64,000 nucleotides of DNA from Candidatus Woesearchaeota archaeon (GTDB lineage: Archaea > Nanobdellota > Nanobdellia > Woesearchaeales > ARS49), in NCBI GenBank assembly GCA_038891615.1, contig JAWADY010000002.1, forward strand, positions 140,416 to 204,415, given 5' to 3'. The first letter of the stretch is position 1. Each line of letters begins with the position of its first letter. Positions 9,334 to 16,569 of the stretch are shown here, piece after piece. Under the pieces are notes generated by a model. It searched no databases. It was not told the origin of the DNA and was given only the letters and a program-made list of their open reading frames with translations. Position numbers and translations under genes: made by a program.

Positions 9334-10407
9334 TCATGAAAATTCATCAAGCTTTTTCGTTCTTGCATAGCTAACAATTGTTGTATTGCCCTCGCTTCCG
9401 CCACATGTTTTTGCAGTCTCCACAAAACCTCCTTGTGCAAGCTTTTCAATCCTTCTTTGAAATGTTTTATAGCTTGAGCCTCCACCTGCTCTTTTGTAGA
9501 GCTCAAATAGCTCACCAATCCTTTTGCCAGAATTTTGCTTTATCAGCTCAAGTATAGCTCTTGTGTCAGGCTCAAGTTCTTCAGAGTTTTTTATTGTGAA
9601 TTCTGCAAGCTTTGCTATGGCTGAAAGTGCATGAGCAATCTCAACCTTTCGCGAGCTCTGCTCTTCTGCTGCAAGCCCTGCCTCGCGAAGGAGATAAATC
9701 CCTACCCTAACATCTCCGCGCTCTGCTGCCTTCTCAGCTATGGCTTTTAACGCTTCTTGTCCAAAACATCCAGGAACAAAAGCATATTCGACCCTTTGTT
9801 TCAGTATTTCATATGTCTCTTCCTTGTTGTATGGCGCGAACTCTATCAATTCAGCAGTTAGCCTCGACCTTATCCTTTCATCTAAACCTTCAAATGAGCT
9901 CTTGTAGTTTGTTATCAGAAGGACGGACTTCTTCCAAATGTCATTAAGAATAGAATAAATAATCCAGGGCTCTTCAAGCTTGTCAACCTCGTCTAGAACA
10001 AAAACAGCTTGCTTCTTGTTAAGTATCTGTTTCACGACTTCGAAAAGCTCTTCTGTGCGCTTGTTTTGTACAAAAGAATAGCCAATTTGCTCGCAAATCT
10101 CGAGTATTACCCTATGACTTGTGTTCCTTTGCCAGCAGTTTATATAGATTGGAATGACTTCGTCAGTGCTTTCTTCAAGGTCTCTAAGAACCCATTTGCA
10201 GGCAGCTGTTTTGCCAACACCCGGCTTGCCAAAGATGAGAGCATTTCTTCCATTTCGCTTCTCAAGCAGTGGTGCTATACAACTCGCGATTGCCCTTTGC
10301 TGGTTTTCTCTGAATGGAAGGAGCTTTGGCACAAACTCAAAGTCAAGTGCATCTTCGTTCTTGAATAAGCTTTCCCCGGCTCCTAGAATTTTATTGAACA
10401 AAGGCAT
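9334..10407 (-). CDS. orc1: Orc1/Cdc6 replication initiator
   Basis: 'LPFRENQ', Walker A 'GKPGVGKT', 'FVLDEVD' and a C-terminal winged helix. The ATG at 10407 sits 23 nt from a TATA box, so I prefer it to the track start at 10464. Confidence 0.9.
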   Translation of the reverse strand: MPLFNKILGAGESLFKNEDALDFEFVPKLLPFRENQQRAIASCIAPLLEKRNGRNALIFGKPGVGKTAACKWVLRDLEESTDEVIPIYINCWQRNTSHRVILEICEQIGYSFVQNKRTEELFEVVKQILNKKQAVFVLDEVDKLEEPWIIYSILNDIWKKSVLLITNYKSSFEGLDERIRSRLTAELIEFAPYNKEETYEILKQRVEYAFVPGCFGQEALKAIAEKAAERGDVRVGIYLLREAGLAAEEQSSRKVEIAHALSAIAKLAEFTIKNSEELEPDTRAILELIKQNSGKRIGELFELYKRAGGGSSYKTFQRRIEKLAQGGFVETAKTCGGSEGNTTIVSYARTKKLDEFS

Positions 10408-10429
10408 AGAAAAGGCGTGGCTAAAGAGA

Positions 10430-10437
10430 TTTATAAA
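10430..10437 (-). promoter_or_regulatory. TATA box (TTTATAAA) for orc1/cdc6
   Basis: Lies 23 nt upstream of the ATG at 10407. Confidence 0.55.
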
Positions 10438-10467
10438 GCTATCCGCGCTTTTTAAGCACAGCACTGT

Positions 10468-10773
10468 TCATCTAATCTTTAAGCCGCATCTGCTGCAGAA
10501 ATATGCATCGCTTGTAACATGATTTCCACATCTTGGGCAAAACCTTATCAAGCTGTAGGGATGAGCCGGCACCACGCCTGCCCTAACATTCATCTGCTCT
10601 TCTTTTGCCTTTGGTTCACGGATGACATAGCTCACAAGAAGCTTTGCTAGACCTATTGTCCCAAAAATGAGTCCTATCCAAAAGAAAGCCTCAACGCGTC
10701 CGCCAACAGTCTTTGAGACAATGATGATTGCAAGTCCTGACAAGAGCCAAAGCCAGGTTGGGATTTGCGCCAT
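10468..10773 (-). CDS. membrane protein with C-terminal zinc ribbon (101 aa)
   Basis: Two TM segments followed by 'RFCPRCGNHV..YFCSRCG'. Confidence 0.55.
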   Translation of the reverse strand: MAQIPTWLWLLSGLAIIIVSKTVGGRVEAFFWIGLIFGTIGLAKLLVSYVIREPKAKEEQMNVRAGVVPAHPYSLIRFCPRCGNHVTSDAYFCSRCGLKIR

Positions 10774-10877
10774 TTTTAGCCTGCAGTGAACAAACCGCAG
10801 GCACTCCTTTTAAAATTTCTGCTTCGCAGCCTTAATGGGCTTATGGCTATTTGGCTTTTTTGAAAACATCGCAAAAC

Positions 10878-10886
10878 TTTTATATA
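10878..10886 (+). promoter_or_regulatory. TATA box candidate (TTTTATATA) for the cupredoxin-like gene
   Basis: Ends 24 nt before the ATG at 10910. Confidence 0.5.
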
Positions 10887-10909
10887 CAGCACCTGTTTCA
10901 ATCATCAAA

Positions 10910-11326
10910 ATGAAATCAGGCAATCGCCTATTATTTATTTTAGCATTTCTTGGAATCATATTACTGAGTGGTTGCGCTAAATACTCTGGCCAACCAGCAC
11001 AACCAAGCACGCCATCACAGATAGTAGAAAAAACTAATGTCATAGAAATCACTGAATCTGGATTTAGCCCCCGCACACTGTCAATTAGAGCTGGCGAAAC
11101 AGTTGTTTTTGTAAACAAAGACATAAACCCTCACTGGCCTGCCTCAGCAGTGCATCCAACGCACACAGTCTACCCAGAAAGCGGAGGCTGCATAGGAAGT
11201 AAGTTTGATGCATGCAGGGGATTAGCTCAGGGCGAAACTTTCTCATTTAAATTTGACAAAATTGGTCGCTGGAAATACCACGACCATCTAAACCCAAGCT
11301 TGACAGGCGAAATAGTTGTTGAATGA
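10910..11326 (+). CDS. secreted cupredoxin-like (plastocyanin-like) lipoprotein
   Basis: Lipobox 'LLSGCA'. 'IEITESGFSPRTLSIRAGETVVFVNKD..HWPASAVHPTH..YHDHLNPSLTGEIVV' has a His-rich putative metal site. Start moved to 10910 on TATA spacing. Confidence 0.7.
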   Translation: MKSGNRLLFILAFLGIILLSGCAKYSGQPAQPSTPSQIVEKTNVIEITESGFSPRTLSIRAGETVVFVNKDINPHWPASAVHPTHTVYPESGGCIGSKFDACRGLAQGETFSFKFDKIGRWKYHDHLNPSLTGEIVVE

Positions 11327-11335
11327 GTTTTGTAG

Positions 11336-12610
11336 CTATGGAATCTTCTTAAAGCCAGTAAACTTTTGTAGAACTTTTGGCACGCTCACGCTTCCATCCT
11401 TTTCCTGAAAGTTCTCAAGAATGGCAACAATTGCCCTACCTGTAGCAATTGCAGTTGCATTAAGCGTATGTACATAATCCCTTTTTTGTTCCTTACCGTG
11501 CTGATATCTTATGTTAAGCCCGACTGCTTGATAGTCTGTGCAGTTCGATGCGGATGTAACTTCAGCATATTTTCCTTGCCTTGGGAACCATGCCTCAATA
11601 TCATAGCGCTTTGCAGCAACCATTCCAAGATCTCCTGTACAACAGTTTACAACCCTAAAAGGAATCTCTAGTGACTCAAAGAGCTCTTCTGCATTTCTTT
11701 GCATTTCCTCGTGAAGGTGCCAGCTTTCTTCTGGCTTTGAGATAATAACCTGCTCGACCTTATTGAATTGATGAACCCTGAAAAGCCCTCTTGTGTCAAC
11801 CCCATGACTTCCAATCTCTTTCCTGAAGCAGGCACTTAAGCCGCAGAGCCTAATAGGAAGCTCACGCTCATCAAGAACCTCGTCAAGAAATTGAGCAACA
11901 AGTGGATGTTCTGAAGTCGCGATTGCATAAAGGTCTTCGCCCTCAATTTTGTACATTACATTCTCAAAATCTGCAATGCTTACAACCCCTTCGTAAGGCT
12001 TCCTTCTCATCATCATCGGTGGCATGACAAAGGTATAACCCTTTTTTAGCAACTTTTGGATTGCAAATTGTTGAAGTGCCAGGTCTAGTAGGGCTATCTT
12101 TCCTTTGATGAACTGGAAACCAGCACCTGAAATCTTTGCACCGCGCCTAAAATCACCAAGAGCCCATTGCTCCAGAAGTTCTCCATGACTTTTGAGCTCA
12201 AAATCAGGCTTTTTTGGGATTCCCCATCTTCTCATCTCAACATTTTCTGAAGAATCCATTCCTACTGGTACTGATTCATGAGCAATGTTTGGAAGTCTTT
12301 GAAGGTTCCAAATTATTTTTTCTTCAAGCCTTTTAAGCTCTTCTTCTGTTGCTTTTATGCGCGCAGGTAACTCTGCTGCTTCTTTTATCAGTTTGCTTAT
12401 GTCCAACCCAGCCTTTTTTGCAGCATTAATCTCTTCAGAAATGCTGTTCCTTCTTTGCCTGAAGCTGTCACACTCTTGTTTCAGAACCCTCCACTCTTTG
12501 TCAAGCCTTATAAGCTCATCAACAAGTCTAACCTTGTCATGCTCATGCCTCTTTTCAAGATTTGCCTTAACAATTTCAGGATACGCTCTTACGAATTTGA
12601 TGTCAAGCAT
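11336..12610 (-). CDS. serS: seryl-tRNA synthetase
   Basis: Class II SerRS with an N-terminal coiled-coil arm; motifs 'FRKEIGSHG', 'RVHQF.KVE', 'GRAIVAILEN'. Start MLDIKFVR at 12610. Confidence 0.95.
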   Translation of the reverse strand: MLDIKFVRAYPEIVKANLEKRHEHDKVRLVDELIRLDKEWRVLKQECDSFRQRRNSISEEINAAKKAGLDISKLIKEAAELPARIKATEEELKRLEEKIIWNLQRLPNIAHESVPVGMDSSENVEMRRWGIPKKPDFELKSHGELLEQWALGDFRRGAKISGAGFQFIKGKIALLDLALQQFAIQKLLKKGYTFVMPPMMMRRKPYEGVVSIADFENVMYKIEGEDLYAIATSEHPLVAQFLDEVLDERELPIRLCGLSACFRKEIGSHGVDTRGLFRVHQFNKVEQVIISKPEESWHLHEEMQRNAEELFESLEIPFRVVNCCTGDLGMVAAKRYDIEAWFPRQGKYAEVTSASNCTDYQAVGLNIRYQHGKEQKRDYVHTLNATAIATGRAIVAILENFQEKDGSVSVPKVLQKFTGFKKIP

Positions 12611-12632
12611 TAATGAAAATTCAGCGCGCACA

Positions 12633-12641
12633 TATTTAATA
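12633..12641 (-). promoter_or_regulatory. TATA-like box (TATTAAATA on minus) for serS
   Basis: Lies about 23 nt upstream of the ATG at 12610. Confidence 0.45.
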
Positions 12642-12655
12642 CTTGCGTTAGAATT

Positions 12656-14503
12656 TCAAAAAGCAGGACTGCTCAAAAACAGCGAAATCCGCTCACCTGC
12701 CTCAAGCGCATCTATTAGAACCTTTCCAAGCTTATTGTTTCGTCTTATCTTTATCACACCTTTCTTGCCGACTGCAAGAGTTGCAAGATAGCCCTCGTTT
12801 ATATAGATACTGACATCATTCCCTTGAAGAGCTGGGCTAACAAATAGGCTTAAATAATTACCGCGAATATCTGTGCTAAACTCTATCTGCTTTCCAGCTG
12901 GCTTTTCTTTTATTTCCTCCTCAAGAGGTCTCACATCAATTCCAATTCCAAGCTCTTTTTCAATAGCCTCAATGTTTCTTCCTTCTTTTCCAATTATGTT
13001 TGCTATGTATTTCTCAGGAACATAAACCGTTGCCTTACCCTCACTGACTATATCGACCTTTATTTTTTCAGAATATTTTTGTAACGCGCGCGCAATTGCC
13101 TTTGCTGCAAGAGCCTTTATCCCTTTCACACTTTCTTCCTTCCCAACTGGGACAACAACAGTCTGCTCGCCATAGCTATAGATTTCTGCAACAGGCTTTC
13201 CGCTCTCAAAGTCAGAAACAACAACAGTTGGTCTTGCAAGGTCTGCTTCTGTCATTCCATATGGAACCTTGACAACCATCTCTATTGAAAGGACCTTGTC
13301 GATGCCACCGTTCTTTATGAATACGACTGTATCAATAACATGTGGTATGACACCAAGTTCTATCCTTCCAATGAAGCGTTGTATTGCATCGATTGGCTTA
13401 GTTGCATGTACCACTCCAACCATTCCAACTCCGGCAAGTCTGAGGTCTGCAAAAAGACCAAAATCAGGCGTGTTTCTCATCTCGTCAAAAATGGTGTAGT
13501 CGGGCCTTGAAAGGAGAAGGATATCATGAATTTCTTCATGGCTTCCACGTGAAACAGCAAGCTGAGTTATGCTATCTGAGAGCACGAGATCACGCGGGGC
13601 TTCAACTGTCTTAACAACTTTTCCTTTTGCCGCAAAATGCTCTGCAAGTGCTTGTGCAAATGTGCTCTTGCCATGCCCTGGCGAGCCTGCAATAACAAGC
13701 CCTTCTGCTTGTTCGGCAATCCTTGCTTTTAGCTTCTCACTAAGCTTGTAATCCTCAAGTGTAAGCCTTTTGACTGGTCTTACAGCTGTTATCTCCCACC
13801 CATCTGAAAATGGTGGCCTGGTTGTTACAGTCCTATAAATCCCCAGCTGGACTATTGTGCTTCCTTCTCGCTCAATCTCAACAAAGCTGTCTGCCCGAGA
13901 ATTTGCCTCTTCAATAATCTCACTTGAGATACTTTTTATCTCTTCAGCAGTCAGTGGCTTCTTTCCAACTGGGACAAATTCCCACGCACCTGGCATTCCT
14001 TTTTTTGCCATTGCTACAACACCTTCGCGCAAGTGCACAGACATGGTTTTTTCGTCAAAGAACTCTTCAATCTTGAGCTTTTTCAGCCTTGGCTGCTTTG
14101 GTACAAGGATTGTTGGAATGCCTTTTGCCTCAGCAACCCTTGCCTGAATGTGATCTGCAGTGATAAGTGTTGCACCTTCTTCCCAGGCAAGCTGTCGGAT
14201 GAGCGCATCTATTTCACCCAGTCCTGCATATCGAATTTCACCAGCAGTTGGGCGTCTTCCTACAAAGGAAAGCTCAAACAGGCCCTGTTTTGCAAGTTTC
14301 TGTATCTTTTTTAGTTCATCAAGCCCTATAAAGCCTATTGCTCTACCTTTATTTGCTTGATGCTCTAGCTCTGCCAAAACAGCCTCGTGGATGAGTATCT
14401 TTTCTACAGCAAGCTCGCCTCTTTCTGCCTTAAGGCTTAAAAGTCCTTCGATTATCACAGAGCTATCAGGCACAAGCTTCTCTATTTTTGCATTTAAGGT
14501 CAT
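12656..14503 (-). CDS. PIN-domain / PilT-like ATPase / KH-domain protein (COG1855-type)
   Basis: N-terminal PIN-like region, Walker A 'GSPGHGKST', and a C-terminal KH-like 'IANIIGKEGRNIEAIEKELG'. Confidence 0.75.
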   Translation of the reverse strand: MTLNAKIEKLVPDSSVIIEGLLSLKAERGELAVEKILIHEAVLAELEHQANKGRAIGFIGLDELKKIQKLAKQGLFELSFVGRRPTAGEIRYAGLGEIDALIRQLAWEEGATLITADHIQARVAEAKGIPTILVPKQPRLKKLKIEEFFDEKTMSVHLREGVVAMAKKGMPGAWEFVPVGKKPLTAEEIKSISSEIIEEANSRADSFVEIEREGSTIVQLGIYRTVTTRPPFSDGWEITAVRPVKRLTLEDYKLSEKLKARIAEQAEGLVIAGSPGHGKSTFAQALAEHFAAKGKVVKTVEAPRDLVLSDSITQLAVSRGSHEEIHDILLLSRPDYTIFDEMRNTPDFGLFADLRLAGVGMVGVVHATKPIDAIQRFIGRIELGVIPHVIDTVVFIKNGGIDKVLSIEMVVKVPYGMTEADLARPTVVVSDFESGKPVAEIYSYGEQTVVVPVGKEESVKGIKALAAKAIARALQKYSEKIKVDIVSEGKATVYVPEKYIANIIGKEGRNIEAIEKELGIGIDVRPLEEEIKEKPAGKQIEFSTDIRGNYLSLFVSPALQGNDVSIYINEGYLATLAVGKKGVIKIRRNNKLGKVLIDALEAGERISLFLSSPAF

Positions 14504-14525
14504 GTTTTTTTATTCAAGAAAGAGC

Positions 14526-14533
14526 TTTATAAA
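14526..14533 (-). promoter_or_regulatory. TATA box (TTTATAAA) for the PIN/ATPase/KH gene
   Basis: Lies 23 nt upstream of the ATG at 14503. Confidence 0.55.
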
Positions 14534-14575
14534 CTTTTGTAAAGGCAGACCTTCTTGCAAGCCAGATTAAGAAGA

Positions 14576-14678
14576 CGCCGCCGCCCGGATTTGAACCGGG
14601 GAACCCTTTCGGGAACAGGGTTAGCAACCCTGCGCAGTCTCCTGTTCTTTTGAGAATACCAGGCTGTGCCACGGCGGC
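14576..14678 (-). tRNA. tRNA-Ser (anticodon GCU) with long variable arm and about 19-nt insertion in the D-loop (putative non-canonical intron)
   Basis: Minus strand. Acceptor GCCGCCG/CGGCGGC, discriminator G. Anticodon stem CAGGG/CCCTG with loop TTGCTAA. Variable arm TTCCCGAAAGGGTT. T-arm CCCGG-TTCAAAT-CCGGG. Total length is 103 nt against about 85 expected. Confidence 0.8.
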
Positions 14679-14701
14679 ATGATGTTAGGCTTGAAAAAGG
14701 T

Positions 14702-14712
14702 TATTTAAATAT
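14702..14712 (-). promoter_or_regulatory. TATA-like box (AAATATTTAAATAA on minus) for tRNA-Ser
   Basis: Lies about 24 nt upstream of the tRNA 5' end at 14678. Confidence 0.45.
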
Positions 14713-14747
14713 TTCTTACTTTTGGCTTTATGCAATTCTGAGAATGA

Positions 14748-15275
14748 CTAACTCCTTTGTTTCTTGTGAGCCTTCAGTAGTCCAAGGTGTGCTGCGTGCA
14801 AGCGCAGTGCAATCAGCCTAATCCCTCGCTGAGCAAGCCTTAGGAGTCTAATAAAGGGTCTTGCTTCGCGAAGTGACAGCTCTGCTTCTTTTATAAACTG
14901 TGCTTCGCGAAGAAGCTTTGTCTCACGCAAAAGGATGCTTTCATGAAGGATTTTTTGAGCCTCTTCACCAGCCTTAATGAACTCGTTGACAAAAAGGTAT
15001 GCTCTAAAGATTAGAAAAAAAGGGAAAACAGCAAGTATGTCAATCCAATACAACTTAACAAACGTGCGAAATTTACGAACATGACGCCACTTTAACAAAA
15101 GGTCAGCAACAAAAAATCCTATAATTACCCAATCAGCGATCCCAACCCAAGGCTGGTAGTGTTCGATGTCTGTAACAAAACCCGCAATTATTAGCACTGC
15201 AAGAATTATAATCATCAAAGGAATCATCCTGTCAACAAAGCGTTCAAGCCGCTCAATCTTTCCCCTTTTTCGCAT
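14748..15275 (-). CDS. voltage-sensor-domain-like membrane protein (S1-S4 only, no pore domain)
   Basis: 'FFVADLLLKWRHVRKFRTFVKLYWIDILAVFPFFL' resembles S2-S3 of Kv/KvAP-type channels. 'FIRLLRLAQRGIRLIALRL' is S4-like. The track start at 15365 overlaps tRNAi-Met. The ATG at 15275 is 22 nt from a TATA box. Confidence 0.6.
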   Translation of the reverse strand: MRKRGKIERLERFVDRMIPLMIIILAVLIIAGFVTDIEHYQPWVGIADWVIIGFFVADLLLKWRHVRKFRTFVKLYWIDILAVFPFFLIFRAYLFVNEFIKAGEEAQKILHESILLRETKLLREAQFIKEAELSLREARPFIRLLRLAQRGIRLIALRLHAAHLGLLKAHKKQRS

Positions 15276-15296
15276 ATAATTAGCCTGCAGCAAAGC

Positions 15297-15304
15297 TTTA
15301 TAAA
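15297..15304. promoter_or_regulatory. shared palindromic TATA box (AAAGC-TTTATAAA-TGCTTT) for the VSD-like gene and tRNAi-Met
   Basis: Lies 22 nt from the ATG at 15275 (minus) and 24 nt from the tRNA 5' end at 15328 (plus). Confidence 0.6.
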
Positions 15305-15327
15305 TGCTTTGCACCTCAATCATTAAT

Positions 15328-15402
15328 AGCGGGATGGAGCAGTCTGGAGTGCTCGATGGGCTCATAACCCATAGGTCGCTGGTTCAAATCCAGCTCCCGC
15401 TA
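15328..15402 (+). tRNA. initiator tRNA-Met (anticodon CAU)
   Basis: A1:U72 acceptor AGCGGGA/TCCCGCT. Anticodon stem ATGGG/CCCAT has three consecutive G:C pairs, with loop CTCATAA. These are archaeal initiator hallmarks. Confidence 0.9.
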
Positions 15403-15431
15403 TTTTTGTTCAAAATTCTAAGAAAAAGCTG

Positions 15432-15794
15432 CTAACCATAAGGCTTTGGTCTTGTGACATCTGTTCTAAAAATATGAACAATCTGCTGCCTTACATCTTT
15501 GAAAGCCTTGTGTATTGCCCTTGAGAACTCCCAGTCATCGGCATTGCAGCTTTCTATGACCTTTGTTGGCGCACCAACCCTTACATGAAGGCTGTATTTC
15601 TTTCTCCTGCCTTCTTTCTCATAGCATTTGACATGCACAGTAACTCCAATAAGGTTTGGAAGGTCCCGCTTTATCTTTTCATAGTATTCTGTTGAGAGCC
15701 TGTGAAGCACTTCCTGTTCTTCTGGTTCAAGCTCTCTTATTCCGACAAACTGCAGAACTTCCTTGACTCCAAACTTTGGAACCTCTTTTGGCAT
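15432..15794 (-). CDS. hypothetical protein with HPF/RaiA (S30AE)-like pattern
   Basis: 120 aa. 'VTVHVKCYEK....KYSLHVRV..' followed by 'ADDWEFSRAIHKAFKDVRQQI' lines up by eye with the beta-alpha pattern and 'DMYAAID..L.RQL' helix of bacterial HPF. Confidence 0.4.
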   Translation of the reverse strand: MPKEVPKFGVKEVLQFVGIRELEPEEQEVLHRLSTEYYEKIKRDLPNLIGVTVHVKCYEKEGRRKKYSLHVRVGAPTKVIESCNADDWEFSRAIHKAFKDVRQQIVHIFRTDVTRPKPYG

Positions 15795-15817
15795 TTTAGA
15801 AAGATTTTGACGGCAAA

Positions 15818-15825
15818 TTTATAAA
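15818..15825. promoter_or_regulatory. shared palindromic TATA box (GCAAA-TTTATAAA-GTTTGC) for the HPF-like gene and rnhB
   Basis: Lies 24 nt from the ATG at 15794 (minus) and 23 nt from the ATG at 15848 (plus). Confidence 0.6.
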
Positions 15826-15847
15826 GTTTGCTGAAGAGAACACTTTG

Positions 15848-16504
15848 ATGACAACAATCTGCGGCATTGACGAGGCAGGGCGTGGGCCAATAATTGGGCC
15901 AATGATTATTTGCGGCATTCTTGTCGATAAAAGGCAGTTGCCAATTCTCGAAAAGCTGAAAGTGAAGGATTCAAAAGCTCTGACCACGCCCCAGCGGGAA
16001 AAGATTTCTGTTGAATTAAAAAAGCGTTTTAAATACAAGCTTATATCTGTTTCTCCTCAAGAGATTGATGCAGTTGTGCTTGCGGATAGCAAAGATGTCA
16101 ATCTCAATTGGCTTGAAGCAGAAAAGGCAGTTGAACTTATTGATGCTCTAAAGCCAGACGAAGTAATAATGGATTGTCCCAGCCCTAACATAAAGGCATT
16201 CACATCTTTTATAATGCAAAGGATAAAGCGCAAGTGTGCGCTACTATGCGCCCATCATGCTGATGCAAAGTATCCTGTTGTTTCGGCAGCATCCATTCTT
16301 GCAAAAACAGCCAGGGATGAAGCTGTTGAAAAGATAAAAAGAAAAATTGGTATTGATTTTGGTTCTGGCTATGTGGCAGATCCAAGAACAAAGGAGTTTT
16401 TGGAGAAACACTGGAATGATTATCCTGAAATATTTAGGCATTCTTGGGCCCCATATCGCAAGGAGTCTGAGCTACAGAAACAAAAAAGGCTCGGCGAGTT
16501 TTAG
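15848..16504 (+). CDS. rnhB: ribonuclease HII
   Basis: 'ICGIDEAGRGPIIGPM', 'DSK.L', 'ASILAK..RD', 'GSGY..D'. ATG at 15848; the track starts at the TTG at 15845. Confidence 0.9.
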   Translation: MTTICGIDEAGRGPIIGPMIICGILVDKRQLPILEKLKVKDSKALTTPQREKISVELKKRFKYKLISVSPQEIDAVVLADSKDVNLNWLEAEKAVELIDALKPDEVIMDCPSPNIKAFTSFIMQRIKRKCALLCAHHADAKYPVVSAASILAKTARDEAVEKIKRKIGIDFGSGYVADPRTKEFLEKHWNDYPEIFRHSWAPYRKESELQKQKRLGEF

Positions 16505-16539
16505 CATGTATTGTTACACCTACGGGCGTTTTCAATAGT

Positions 16540-16547
16540 TTTATAAA
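16540..16547 (+). promoter_or_regulatory. TATA box (TTTATAAA) for the putative restriction endonuclease
   Basis: Lies 23 nt upstream of the ATG at 16570. Confidence 0.55.
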
Positions 16548-16569
16548 GAATCTTAAACAACCTCTTATT

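Noticed and set aside
9244-10470. Replication origin next to orc1/cdc6
   Set aside because: I looked for ORB or mini-ORB repeats and an A/T-rich unwinding element flanking orc1. The upstream spacer is only about 60 nt (a promoter), the downstream gap is about 90 nt, and no repeated ORB-like motif was seen. An origin elsewhere cannot be excluded.
10009-10522. Plus-strand ORFs 10009..10368 and 10154..10522
   Set aside because: They are antisense to the well-supported orc1/cdc6 gene and have no independent signals.
11336-14678. SerRS and tRNA-Ser within 2 kb as a functional unit
   Set aside because: An unrelated PIN/ATPase/KH gene separates them, and each has its own TATA box. The proximity is probably coincidental.
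15276-15365. N-terminal 30 codons of track ORF 14748..15365
   Set aside because: The extension runs into the initiator tRNA gene (15328-15402) and across the shared TATA box. The ATG at 15275 fits the promoter spacing.
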